A stretch of 64,000 bases of DNA from Planctomycetota bacterium. GTDB taxonomy: Bacteria; Planctomycetota; PLA2; JAEUHO01. Of this stretch, positions 51,498 to 60,636 are shown one piece after another (positions within the stretch are counted from its first letter, which is position 1; every line of letters begins with the position of its first letter). Location: assembly GCA_050248855.1 (NCBI GenBank), contig JBFWRP010000016.1, positions 29,121 to 93,120 on the forward strand, read 5' to 3'. Under the pieces are notes generated by a model. The model was not told where the DNA came from and ran no database searches. It saw only the letters and a list, made by a program, of their open reading frames with translations. The translations under genes and the position numbers were made by a program.

Positions 51498-52885
51498 TGT
51501 CGCACCGCCGTCGCTCGCTGCTCGTGGGAGCAGCGGCCCTCGTCGCCTTGGCGTTCGTGCTCGGCAGTACGCCGCCGGCGGACGCGAAGATGTGGCCCGG
51601 CGACAGCCACAAGTGCGAGCTCACGATTCCCGACGCCCCGGCGCCGTGGGACTTCCTCCCCCACGACAGCTCGTGGTCCAAGTACGACATCGTCGTGGGC
51701 GCGGAGCGACGCCTGAAGGAGCTTCGAGACGGCACCCCGGCCAACGGCGAGGGTGGTCTGCTGCACCTGGCCGTGAGCACGGCGCCCGAGGGCGCGACGC
51801 TCGAGGGCCTGGCGGCCGACGAGAAGGTCCGCGAGTTCCTCACGGCGCGCTTCACCGAGGGCGGCAAGGACATCGAGGTCGTCGACGAGGTCCTGAACGA
51901 CGACCTGCCCTGCAAGGTGCTGCGGACCTCGGGCAAGGCCGCCAATTTCAAGGCCACCCAGGCCGACTGCAGCGGGCGGATGATCGTCGCGCTCGGCCAT
52001 GGACGTGTCTACAAGCTGCGCATGTACGGCTGGGGCACGCCGGACGACCTCGAGGGCGTCCGCGACGACCTCGACTACATCGAGGTCAACGGCCTCACGA
52101 TCACGGATGCGAAGAACGCCCTGCCGAGCAGTGAAGGCGAGGGCGCTGAGAACCCGAACGCCGGAGCCGTCGACGAGCCCGTCGAGGAGGGCGAGGAGGA
52201 AAGGCTCGAGTGGGAAGAGCTCAACCTCGTCATGGTCAAGCACAAGAACCTGACGCGCGAGGAGCCCGATCGCGACGAGGCCCGCCAGAACGTCATCGCC
52301 AAGTTCACGGTGAACACGACGCACGCCTACTACAACATCACGCTCTACGCCTTCCCCGTGGTGGGCGGCCAGCAGCGCGTCAACTTCGAGAGCCAAGTCG
52401 GCACGTCGTTCTACGAGCAGTTCCTCGAGTCGCACCCGGAGGGGCCGATCTGGGTCCACCCGTGGCCGAAGAAGCCCGAAACGGTGAAGAACGGGAGCAC
52501 GTTCCTCCTGTTCCCCGACTGCAGCGACGAGGCGCGCGACGTGATTTCCGACGACAGCCGTCGCAAGCCCGATCCCAAGGCGGGGCTCTCGGCGCTCCAG
52601 AAGATGAACGTCGTCGAGAAGCCCAAGGTGAAGAACGTCGGCCCGGACTTCAAGGTGCCGGGCAACGCCTTCCGCGCCGTGCTGGGCGGCAACCGCGACT
52701 CCACGGGCCCCGAGGTCAACGTCAAGTACGGCTGGCTCACCAACGAGCACGACTTCATCCTGTACGTGGGTCTCGCCCGCGAGGCGTACCTCAAGTACGG
52801 CGATGCCATTCGCGCCACGCTCGAGTCCATCCGCCATCCGAAGAAGTGGGAGAAGCGGTGGGCCGACTACGAGAAGGACAAGTAG
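51497..52885 (+). CDS. Exported hypothetical protein
   Basis: TGATG coupling to the previous gene; signal peptide ending ADA. Confidence 0.75.
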   Translation: MSHRRRSLLVGAAALVALAFVLGSTPPADAKMWPGDSHKCELTIPDAPAPWDFLPHDSSWSKYDIVVGAERRLKELRDGTPANGEGGLLHLAVSTAPEGATLEGLAADEKVREFLTARFTEGGKDIEVVDEVLNDDLPCKVLRTSGKAANFKATQADCSGRMIVALGHGRVYKLRMYGWGTPDDLEGVRDDLDYIEVNGLTITDAKNALPSSEGEGAENPNAGAVDEPVEEGEEERLEWEELNLVMVKHKNLTREEPDRDEARQNVIAKFTVNTTHAYYNITLYAFPVVGGQQRVNFESQVGTSFYEQFLESHPEGPIWVHPWPKKPETVKNGSTFLLFPDCSDEARDVISDDSRRKPDPKAGLSALQKMNVVEKPKVKNVGPDFKVPGNAFRAVLGGNRDSTGPEVNVKYGWLTNEHDFILYVGLAREAYLKYGDAIRATLESIRHPKKWEKRWADYEKDK

Positions 52886-52961
52886 GAAGGGGGATCCCCC
52901 CGTGGCCCATGGGTGCGGCTGAACACGACCTTCCGCGGCGAAGAGGGTCCGTCCGCCCTTC

Positions 52962-54206
52962 ATGAAGGACGCTCCCGCACCTCGACCCGACGCCCAGGGC
53001 GTCTCGCTGGAACACCCCCATCGCGTACGACGGCCCGTCGGGGTCGGGGGGGGCCTGGGCGGCCGCCTGCGCGTGCGGCCCGAGGACTTCCGGGTCGAGG
53101 AGATCCCGCTCGTGCGCGCGTCGGGCTCGGGCGGGTACACGCTCGTCCAGATCGAGAAGCGGCTGACGAGCACGTTCGACGCCCTGCTCTTCGTCAGCAA
53201 GGCGGCGCAGGTCAGCGAGCGCTCGATCGGCTACGCGGGCCTCAAGGACAGCCGCGCGGTCACGACGCAGTACCTGACGGTCCCCAAGGTGCCGCCCGAG
53301 CGCCTGCGTCGCATGTCCACGCCGCGTTGGCGTGTGCTGTCGGCCGCGCGCCACGACGTCCCGCTCAAGATCGGGCACCTGAAGGCCAACCGCTTCGTGA
53401 TCCGCGTGTGCGACGTGCGGGACGATGCCTTCGACCGCGCACGAGCCACGCTCGAACGCTTGGTACGTGAGGGCTTGCCCAACGCCTACGGCGGCCAGCG
53501 CTTCGGCACGCGTCTTGACGGACACCGCGTGGGTCGCGCCATGATCCACGGCGACCTCGACGAGATGCTTGCCCTCGTTGTGGGTCGCCCCAGCCCGCTG
53601 GAGCACGACACGGAAGTCCGCGCGGCACGCGCGGCCTTCGATCGGGGGGACCTCGAGGAAGCCGCGCGCCGCATGCCGCTCCGGCACCGGCTGGAGAAGC
53701 GCGCCCTGTCGCTCCGCGCCCGCGGCGGCTCGCCGCAGGAGTGGCTCGAGTCCGTCGGCCGGGGGCGCCGCCGCATCTGGGTCTCGGCGTGGCAGAGCTA
53801 CTTGTTCAATCGCGTGCTGGACGCGCGCATTGCCGACGGCACCTGGAACCAGGTCCTGCCGGGCGACGTGGCCTGGGTGGCCGCGGAAGGGTGCCTCGTC
53901 CGTGCGCGGCCCGGGCTCGACGCGGCCGGTGGGCGGGTCGCCGCCACCGGCCCGCTTCCGGGGTCGGGTCTGCGGCGGCCCGAAGGCGCGCCCGGAGAGC
54001 TCGAGCGCGCGTTGCTCGCCGAGGAGGGGGACGACCCGGAGGCCTGGAAGCGCCCCTTCGTCCGCAGTCGTGGCTTGCGGCGCCCCCTCGTCGTGCCGGT
54101 CCGGGAGGCTTCCCTCGAACGGGATGGCCCCGGCCAGGTCGTGGTCCGCTTCGTGCTCCCCCCGGGCAGCTTCGCGACCGTCCTCCTCGACCACCTGATG
54201 TCCTGA
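52962..54206 (+). CDS. truD: tRNA pseudouridine(13) synthase
   Basis: PEDFRVEE, YAGLKDSRAVTTQ, NAYGGQRFG, SAWQSYLFN, FVLPPGSFAT. Confidence 0.95.
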   Translation: MKDAPAPRPDAQGVSLEHPHRVRRPVGVGGGLGGRLRVRPEDFRVEEIPLVRASGSGGYTLVQIEKRLTSTFDALLFVSKAAQVSERSIGYAGLKDSRAVTTQYLTVPKVPPERLRRMSTPRWRVLSAARHDVPLKIGHLKANRFVIRVCDVRDDAFDRARATLERLVREGLPNAYGGQRFGTRLDGHRVGRAMIHGDLDEMLALVVGRPSPLEHDTEVRAARAAFDRGDLEEAARRMPLRHRLEKRALSLRARGGSPQEWLESVGRGRRRIWVSAWQSYLFNRVLDARIADGTWNQVLPGDVAWVAAEGCLVRARPGLDAAGGRVAATGPLPGSGLRRPEGAPGELERALLAEEGDDPEAWKRPFVRSRGLRRPLVVPVREASLERDGPGQVVVRFVLPPGSFATVLLDHLMS

Positions 54207-54650
54207 GGAGGTAAGCGATCAGCCCCTGGGGTGCGGACGTGCGGCTCGCCGAGTGCTCGGCGGCGCCTTCGCCCTGACGACCCGACACGTGGCGGTCGCG
54301 CTCCGCTCCAAGCCCGTACGGAGGCGGGGAATTCTTCCGCAGCTTGCCGATGGGCACTCCCGCATGCCGAAGCGCAGGGCGGCAAGCTGCGGAAGAAATC
54401 CCCGCCTCCGTACCGCGTCTCGATGCGCGCGGCACCCCCTGACACGCAGGGGACGCGGTTCGCCGGGGAGCGAACCCGGATGTGTCAGGACCCTTGCCGC
54501 GGCGCCGCGAAGCGGCAACGTGGGCAAGGTGCCTGACACGCAGGGGTCGCGCGGGAGCGCGGAACGAAGTGCAGGCGCGTCGGCTGCACGAGGAGCCGAT
54601 GGGGGCTCGGGACCGGGCATCTGGCGAGCCGCGCGTCCCCACCCCGGGCG
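54207..54650. repeat. Mosaic palindromic intergenic repeat element, copy 2, bounded by inverted module-D copies
   Basis: D inverted (54207-54260), E inverted (54266-54303), B inverted (54316-54413), A (54482-54539), D (54609-54650). Confidence 0.85.
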
Positions 54651-54700
54651 CTGCCCGCTTCGCCCCCGGGGCCGTCGGCGGGGGTCGGTACCCTGCGCGC

Positions 54701-55735
54701 GTGCGCATCGTGGCCATCCTCAACCAGAAGGGCGGCGTCGGGAAGACGACCACGGCGGTCAACCTGGGCGCGGCCCTCGCGCTTCGGGGCCGGCGGGTGC
54801 TCCTGATCGACGCCGACCCGCAGGGCAACCTCTCCGACCACTTGGGCGTGGATCCGCTCGAAGCCCCGGCGTCGGTCTACGACGTGTTGCTCGGCGAGGC
54901 GACCGTCGACGAGGCCACCGTGCCCACCAACACCCCGGGGCTTGCGGTCGTGCCTTCGCATCCCGACCTGGCCGCCGCCGAGCAGGAGCTGGCCGGCGAG
55001 CTGGGGCGCGAGCTGCGCCTGCGCAAGGCGCTGCGGGCGCTGCCGGCCGACCGCTACGACTGGGTGCTGATCGACTGTCCACCCAGCCTGGGTCTCCTGT
55101 CGCTCAACGCCATGGCCGCCTCGAGCGCGGTGCTCATCACCGTGCAGACCGAGTACTTCGCCATGCGCGGCCTGGGCCAGCTCGACCGCATCGTGCACAT
55201 GGTGCGCGAGCACGTGAACCCCGAGCTCGAGATCCTCGGCATCCTGCCCACGCTCGTGAACCCCGTCACCAAGCTGGCCCGCGAGGTGATCCAGGAAGTG
55301 CGCGCGCACTACGGCGAGCGCGTCTTCGCCACGCGCATCCGCCAGAACGTGCGCCTCGCGGAGGCGCCTGGCTACCAAGACCACATCTTCGCGTACGAGC
55401 CGGCCTCGGCGGGCGCCGAGGACTACGCGGCGCTCGCCGCCGAGCTCGAGGGCGATGCCGCAGGCGGTGGCGCGACGAGCGAGCAGGTCGACGCCGGCCC
55501 CACGTTCGAGCAGGACGAACCGGCGCCGGACGCGCCGCCCCCCACCCCGGACCCCGCCGCATCGCCCGCGGCCCCTCCCCCTCCCGCGCCGCCGGGCGGC
55601 GAGGCTCCCGTTGCGCACGCGTCGCCGGATGTGGACGGCGCGCCCCAGCTGGTCGCCGCCGCGCCGCGCGCCTTCGTCATGCCCGCCGACCTGCTCGGCC
55701 CCGACGGACGCGTGCGCATGCCTCCGCCGCGATAA
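54701..55735 (+). CDS. ParA/Soj family ATPase with a Pro/Ala-rich tail
   Basis: NQKGGVGKTTT, LIDADPQGN, IDCPPSLG, VQTEY, IRQNVRLAEAP. Confidence 0.92.
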   Translation: MRIVAILNQKGGVGKTTTAVNLGAALALRGRRVLLIDADPQGNLSDHLGVDPLEAPASVYDVLLGEATVDEATVPTNTPGLAVVPSHPDLAAAEQELAGELGRELRLRKALRALPADRYDWVLIDCPPSLGLLSLNAMAASSAVLITVQTEYFAMRGLGQLDRIVHMVREHVNPELEILGILPTLVNPVTKLAREVIQEVRAHYGERVFATRIRQNVRLAEAPGYQDHIFAYEPASAGAEDYAALAAELEGDAAGGGATSEQVDAGPTFEQDEPAPDAPPPTPDPAASPAAPPPPAPPGGEAPVAHASPDVDGAPQLVAAAPRAFVMPADLLGPDGRVRMPPPR

Positions 55736-55770
55736 TTCCCCTGACAAGTACCGAGTACATCACTGCGCCC

Positions 55771-56499
55771 ATGCTCGGCTCCGACACGCACGACCTGACG
55801 ATCCCCTCGGGCGTCTACCGCCTGGACGCGCGGCTGCATGTGCCGGGCGGCGGCGTGGGCGGAAGCCTCGTCGTGGCGCACCCGCATCCCATGCACGGCG
55901 GGCACATGAACCACCCGGTCGTGGTGACGACCGCGGAGCGAGGGGCACACGCCGGACTACTCGCCCTGCGCTTCGACTTCCGGGGCGTGCAGGCCAGCGA
56001 GGGTGACACCACGGACATGGCTGGTCACCTGGAGGACTGGCGCCGTGCAGCCCATGAGGTCGCCGAGCGCGCCGGCGCCGGCCCGCGCTTGGGCGCCGGG
56101 TTCTCCTACGGCTCGCGAACGCTGGCGACGGTGCTCTACCCGGAGCGCGAGCGACGCCCGCGCCTGGACGGGCTCCTCTTGCTGGCCCCGGCCACGCGGG
56201 TTCCGACCACGCGGCGCGACTTCGGCAACCTGCTGCTGGGTCGCCCGTTGAGCGAGGCGGCCCGCGACGAGCGCGTCCTTCGGCACCTGGGCGCACTCGA
56301 TCTCCCGACGCAGGTGCTCGTCGGCGAGCACGACGTGGTGGCGCCGGTGGACGAGCTGGCGGCGGCGTTGCCCTCGCACGCCAAGCTCACGGTGCTGCCG
56401 GGCCTGAACCACTTCTTCTCGCGCCACACGGGCGCCGGCGCCCTGGCCACCGACGTGTTCGTGCCCGCGCTCGACGCGGCGCTGGCGGCGCTGCTGTAG
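55771..56499 (+). CDS. Alpha/beta hydrolase
   Basis: HPHPMHGG, RFDFRG, GFSYG, GEHD, NHFF. Confidence 0.87.
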   Translation: MLGSDTHDLTIPSGVYRLDARLHVPGGGVGGSLVVAHPHPMHGGHMNHPVVVTTAERGAHAGLLALRFDFRGVQASEGDTTDMAGHLEDWRRAAHEVAERAGAGPRLGAGFSYGSRTLATVLYPERERRPRLDGLLLLAPATRVPTTRRDFGNLLLGRPLSEAARDERVLRHLGALDLPTQVLVGEHDVVAPVDELAAALPSHAKLTVLPGLNHFFSRHTGAGALATDVFVPALDAALAALL

Positions 56500-56531
56500 C
56501 TCGGAGACGCGTGTACGGAGTCGGGAGCTCC

Positions 56532-57458
56532 CTACGACCCCGTTTGGCGCACGAGCCACGAGCCCTCTCCGACCTGCTCCGCGGTGAAACCCTCGTGCGC
56601 CGGCGCGACGCCGCGGACGAGGGCGACGAGGTCGCGCTTCAGCGAACCCTCCGTGTCGCGTCCCAAGACGTCCAGAGCCTTGCGCGAGCACGCAACCGGC
56701 TTGCCCGCGTCGTCGACCACGAAGACGACGCCTTCCTCGCGGTCCAGCAGATGCAGCAGGGCACGCCGCAGCACATCGGGCTCGTCGGAAGGCTCCCCGG
56801 CCAGCCGCGCCCAGCCCGCGCGCTCGTCGAGCAGGCCGTCGACGAGGCGCCCCACCTCGTCCAGCTCCGGCGCTTGGGGCAGCGCGCCGACGCGACGATG
56901 CGGGTCACCCCGCCGATGGTCCGCGGCAACCGCCTTCAGATGGGCCAGCGGCTGCAGCAGGCCGCGCCCCAGCCGGTGGACGGCGATCCAGCTGAGGCAG
57001 AGGGCCACGATCCCGATCGCCGCCACGGCCCAGCCACCTGCGAGCCCCAGGCGCTGCGCTTCGAGATCCGCCGTCTTGGTCACGTCCAGGTTGATGCGCA
57101 CGAGCTGGCGCAACGCGTCCACGACGCGGCCGCGCTCCGGCCCCGGCCCCGCCAGCGCAGCCGCGCCCAGATCGCGCACGACGTCCAGGACCTGGCGCTC
57201 GTCCGCGACGGTCACGTTCTGTTCCGCGCGGGCCAGGGCCTGCCGGAAGCGCTCCACCGACTCGCTGGCGACGGCCGTGTGCGCGCCCAGCACGGCCAGC
57301 ATCTCGCCTGCCGCCTCGACGCTGTGCAGGTTCTCGCCCCGAATGCGCTCGATGGCCGGGCTCATGCGTGCGAGCACGCCCAACGCCGTGAAGGTGGTGA
57401 GCACGTGGAGGGCCAGGAGCCCGCCCACGGCCAGCAGGAGGTCGCGACGGGCGCTCAC
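56532..57458 (-). CDS. Membrane sensor-like protein (four-helix periplasmic domain + HAMP + PAS-like stub), no kinase domain
   Basis: Two TM helices around IRGENLHSVEAAGEM; HAMP-like QPLAHL...ELDEVGRLVD; GTGA overlap with the trkA stop. Confidence 0.65.
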   Translation of the reverse strand: MSARRDLLLAVGGLLALHVLTTFTALGVLARMSPAIERIRGENLHSVEAAGEMLAVLGAHTAVASESVERFRQALARAEQNVTVADERQVLDVVRDLGAAALAGPGPERGRVVDALRQLVRINLDVTKTADLEAQRLGLAGGWAVAAIGIVALCLSWIAVHRLGRGLLQPLAHLKAVAADHRRGDPHRRVGALPQAPELDEVGRLVDGLLDERAGWARLAGEPSDEPDVLRRALLHLLDREEGVVFVVDDAGKPVACSRKALDVLGRDTEGSLKRDLVALVRGVAPAHEGFTAEQVGEGSWLVRQTGS

Positions 57459-58132
57459 GTGCCGAGCCTCTCGAGCATGGACTCGATGGCCCCCGGGCCC
57501 GCAACCACGATGAGGCCGTCCCCTTCGCGGAGCGACGTGTCGGCCTGCGGGCGGCGGATGCCACCGCGCCCCTCGATGTCGCTCCGCCGGACGGCCAGCA
57601 CGGTCACGCCGAAGCGGGTGGGCAAGGCCAGGTCGGCCAGCGTGCGCCCGGCCAGCGTGGCCGGCACGCGGATCTCGCTGATCACGAGCTCCTCCCCCAG
57701 CGGTACGACTTCGAGGATGCCCTCGTAGAGCAGTCGGGTCGCCAGACGTTGACCGAACGACCGCTCGGGGTTGACGACTTCGTGCGCGCCCACGAGGTGC
57801 AGGATCCGCTCGAGAAGGTCGTCGGTGCTGCGCGCAATGACGCGCGGGGCGCCCAGCTTGCGCAGGAGCGCCGTCACGACGATCGCCGCCTCGCGCGACT
57901 CGTCCCCGATCGTGCAGATGCACACATCGCGCTGGGCGGGCGACGTGCGGGCCAACGCCTCTTCGTCGGTGGCATCGAAGCAGAGCGCCTCGGTCACGTA
58001 GGACGAGGCCTGCTGCACGACCTCGGCGCGCCGGTCGATGGCCAACACCTCGACGTCGGCGTCCGCCAGGGAGCGGATGACCGCCATCCCCAGCTGGCCC
58101 AGTCCGACGACCATCACTTGCTTGCCGGCCAT
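57455..58132 (-). CDS. trkA: TrkA/KtrA family potassium uptake regulatory subunit
   Basis: VVGLGQLG, DATDEEAL, VGAHEVVNPE, RCK_C-type GRTLADLAL. Confidence 0.9.
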   Translation of the reverse strand: MAGKQVMVVGLGQLGMAVIRSLADADVEVLAIDRRAEVVQQASSYVTEALCFDATDEEALARTSPAQRDVCICTIGDESREAAIVVTALLRKLGAPRVIARSTDDLLERILHLVGAHEVVNPERSFGQRLATRLLYEGILEVVPLGEELVISEIRVPATLAGRTLADLALPTRFGVTVLAVRRSDIEGRGGIRRPQADTSLREGDGLIVVAGPGAIESMLERLGT

Positions 58133-58159
58133 GGATCCTCCGATCGACCCCGTGCCACG

Positions 58160-60205
58160 CTACCCGACGGGAATGTCCTGGACCGGTCGACGCACCGTGC
58201 GCCTGGGGTCCTGGCCCACGAGGAACAAGAACAGCGACAGCGGGCCCACACGCCCCGCGAACATGCAGGCGATCACGACGATCTGCCCGATGCCGTCCAG
58301 GGAGGGCGTCACGCCCAGGCTCAGACCCACCGTGGCGCTGGCCGACACGGCTTCGAAGAGCAGCCGGTCGAACGCGCCGACTTGCGTCAGCTGCAGCAAC
58401 ACGGTGGCCGCGAGTACCGCGCCCAGCCCGAGCAGCGCAAGCGCCAGGGCGCGACGGATCGTGCCCTGGGGAAGCTCGTGGTGGAACAACACGGCGGTCG
58501 TTCGCCCACGCACGGAGGCCCACGCCTCGGCCACCAGCACGGCAAGTGTCGTGGTCTTGATGCCGCCGGCGGTCGACCCGGGGCTGCCGCCGATGAACAT
58601 CAAGCCCAGCATCACCGTCAGCGAGCCCGGGTGCATGGCCTCGACGTCGATGCTGTTGAACCCCGCCGTGCGTAGCGTGACGGACTGGAACCAGGCGTTG
58701 AGCAGCCGCTCGCCGTACGTCAGGTGGCCGAGCGACCCGCTCCATTCCACGACGGCGAGGAACAGCGTGGGCCCGAACAGCAGGATCCCCGTGGTCACGA
58801 TCACGATGCGTGCGTGCAGGCGGATCGGCTTGCCGCGCACCCAGTGCGGCAAGGACGCGACGACCAGGGGGCCGAGCCCGCCCACCACGATCAGTACCGA
58901 GACGACGACCAGCACGCCCACGTCCTGCTGGTAGCCGACCAAGCTGTTCGTCTGCAACGAGAAGCCCGCGTTGCAGAAGGCCGAGACCGACGTGAACACG
59001 CCGCGCCAGAGCGCCTGGCCGAAGTCGTCTCCGTGCGCGAGGAAGCGCGGCACGAGGAGCAAGGCACCGAGCAGCTCGAAGCCCAACGTCATGCGGAGCA
59101 CGCGCCGCAAGGCCACACCCAGGCTGCCACGCTCGTCCGGCGACAGCAGCGTCGTCAGCGTGGCCTCGTGGCGCAGGCTGATCCGTCGACCGAGGAATAC
59201 GAGCGCGGCTGCGCTGAAGGTCATCGTGCCCAGGCCGCCGATCTGGATCAGCAGCAGGATGACGGCTTGGCCGACGGGCCCGAACGTCGTCACCGTGTCG
59301 ACCACGCCGAGCCCGGTGACGCAGATGGCGCTGAACGCCGTGAACGTCGCCTCGAGCAGCGGCAGCGGCTCGCCGTCCGTCGTGCACGCGGGGAGCGAGA
59401 GGATGCAGCCCCCGACCAGCCCGCCCACGAGGAAGGTCGTGATCATCCAGCGGGCGGCCTCCACGGCGGCGCCCCCGAGGCGCGCGCGCACGCCGCGCGC
59501 GCGCGGCGCGAGAGCCCGGGCCAACAGGGCCATGCCACCCGCACCCAAGGCGGCCAGCAGCAGGCCGCCGGCGCGCCCCTCGAACGAGGTGCCGCGCCAC
59601 CAGCCCAGCACGACCACGGCGGCGAGAACGGCGCCGATGCCGTACCCCCACGCGCGTCGTGCACGCACGGCGAGCCACGCGCCGGCCAGGCCCGCCGTGG
59701 TCAGCGTCACCAGGACGACGACCTCCAGCAGCACGTCCTTCGCCAAGCGGCCGGGAACGGCCAACACCCAGGCCACGACGGCGGCGAAGGCCAACCCCAA
59801 CACGACGTCGGCCGCGCCCGCCGGGCGTCGCGCTCCCGTCGTGGCCACGTCGCGGGCCAGCACGGGCACGGCAAGGAACACCGTCGCCAGGACCACGAGG
59901 GCGAAGGCCAACCCGGGACGGTCCAGGACGCGCGGGGCGGCGAGCGCGAGGAAGGCGATCCATGCCATCCAGGGCAGGAGGCGCCAGCGCCGGTCGCGCG
60001 CTGCGTACGTGAGAGCCGAGGCCGAGACGAGCGTACCGACTGCGACGGCGCCGACGCCCGCCGGGAGCTTCAGCTGCGCCAACACGTCGAAGGGCAGGCG
60101 CGCCTGGAGCGCGTCCAGGAGCAGCGCCATGCTCGCGCCCGCACCCAGCGTGATTCCCGTGAACACACCCGGGCGCCACTCCGCGCCGCGTCGAGCCGAT
60201 CCCAT
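58160..60205 (-). CDS. trkH: TrkH/KtrB family potassium uptake membrane subunit with extra N-terminal TM region
   Basis: SAICVTGL, SAFCNAGF, RTAGF, GGSPGSTAGGIK, SASATVGLS, GRVGP. Confidence 0.9.
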   Translation of the reverse strand: MGSARRGAEWRPGVFTGITLGAGASMALLLDALQARLPFDVLAQLKLPAGVGAVAVGTLVSASALTYAARDRRWRLLPWMAWIAFLALAAPRVLDRPGLAFALVVLATVFLAVPVLARDVATTGARRPAGAADVVLGLAFAAVVAWVLAVPGRLAKDVLLEVVVLVTLTTAGLAGAWLAVRARRAWGYGIGAVLAAVVVLGWWRGTSFEGRAGGLLLAALGAGGMALLARALAPRARGVRARLGGAAVEAARWMITTFLVGGLVGGCILSLPACTTDGEPLPLLEATFTAFSAICVTGLGVVDTVTTFGPVGQAVILLLIQIGGLGTMTFSAAALVFLGRRISLRHEATLTTLLSPDERGSLGVALRRVLRMTLGFELLGALLLVPRFLAHGDDFGQALWRGVFTSVSAFCNAGFSLQTNSLVGYQQDVGVLVVVSVLIVVGGLGPLVVASLPHWVRGKPIRLHARIVIVTTGILLFGPTLFLAVVEWSGSLGHLTYGERLLNAWFQSVTLRTAGFNSIDVEAMHPGSLTVMLGLMFIGGSPGSTAGGIKTTTLAVLVAEAWASVRGRTTAVLFHHELPQGTIRRALALALLGLGAVLAATVLLQLTQVGAFDRLLFEAVSASATVGLSLGVTPSLDGIGQIVVIACMFAGRVGPLSLFLFLVGQDPRRTVRRPVQDIPVG

Positions 60206-60636
60206 CACGGGCCCTCGGTGACGCGCTCGCAGTAGAGGCAGCGGAGGCGAATGGGCAGGCCCGGGAGGCGGACGAAGACGGACTGGACGCGCTCCTCGTG
60301 CGAGATGCACGTGGGGTTGCGGCAGGTCAGCACGCCGATCAGGCGCTCCGGCACCGTGAGCACGGTCTTGGACGTGATCGTGCCCCCGCGCACGATGCTC
60401 ACGGTGATGTCGGGCCCGAGCAGCGACAGACGGTCGAGCTCGCCCTTGGAGAGGAAGAGCCCCTCGACGCGAACGATGTCCTTGTGGCCGATGCGCGCGC
60501 TGGGCACGTTCATGCCGATCGTGACGGGCCCCTCGCGCGGCAGGCCCAGCAGGCGGAGCGCCTCCGAGGACGTCCCCACGGGCAAGTGGTCGATCACCGT
60601 GCCGTCGACGAGACGGAAATCCTTCGGCCCGCTCAT
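60205..60636 (-). CDS. pyrI: Aspartate carbamoyltransferase regulatory chain
   Basis: GTVIDHL, GMNVPS...KDIV, CRNPTCIS, RCLYCE. Confidence 0.93.
   Translation of the reverse strand: MSGPKDFRLVDGTVIDHLPVGTSSEALRLLGLPREGPVTIGMNVPSARIGHKDIVRVEGLFLSKGELDRLSLLGPDITVSIVRGGTITSKTVLTVPERLIGVLTCRNPTCISHEERVQSVFVRLPGLPIRLRCLYCERVTEGP

Noticed and set aside
56532..60179. Apparent 1215-aa protein ending in the HAMP sensor
   Set aside because: The N-terminal 900 aa is low-complexity off-frame translation over trkH/trkA; only the last 308 aa look real.
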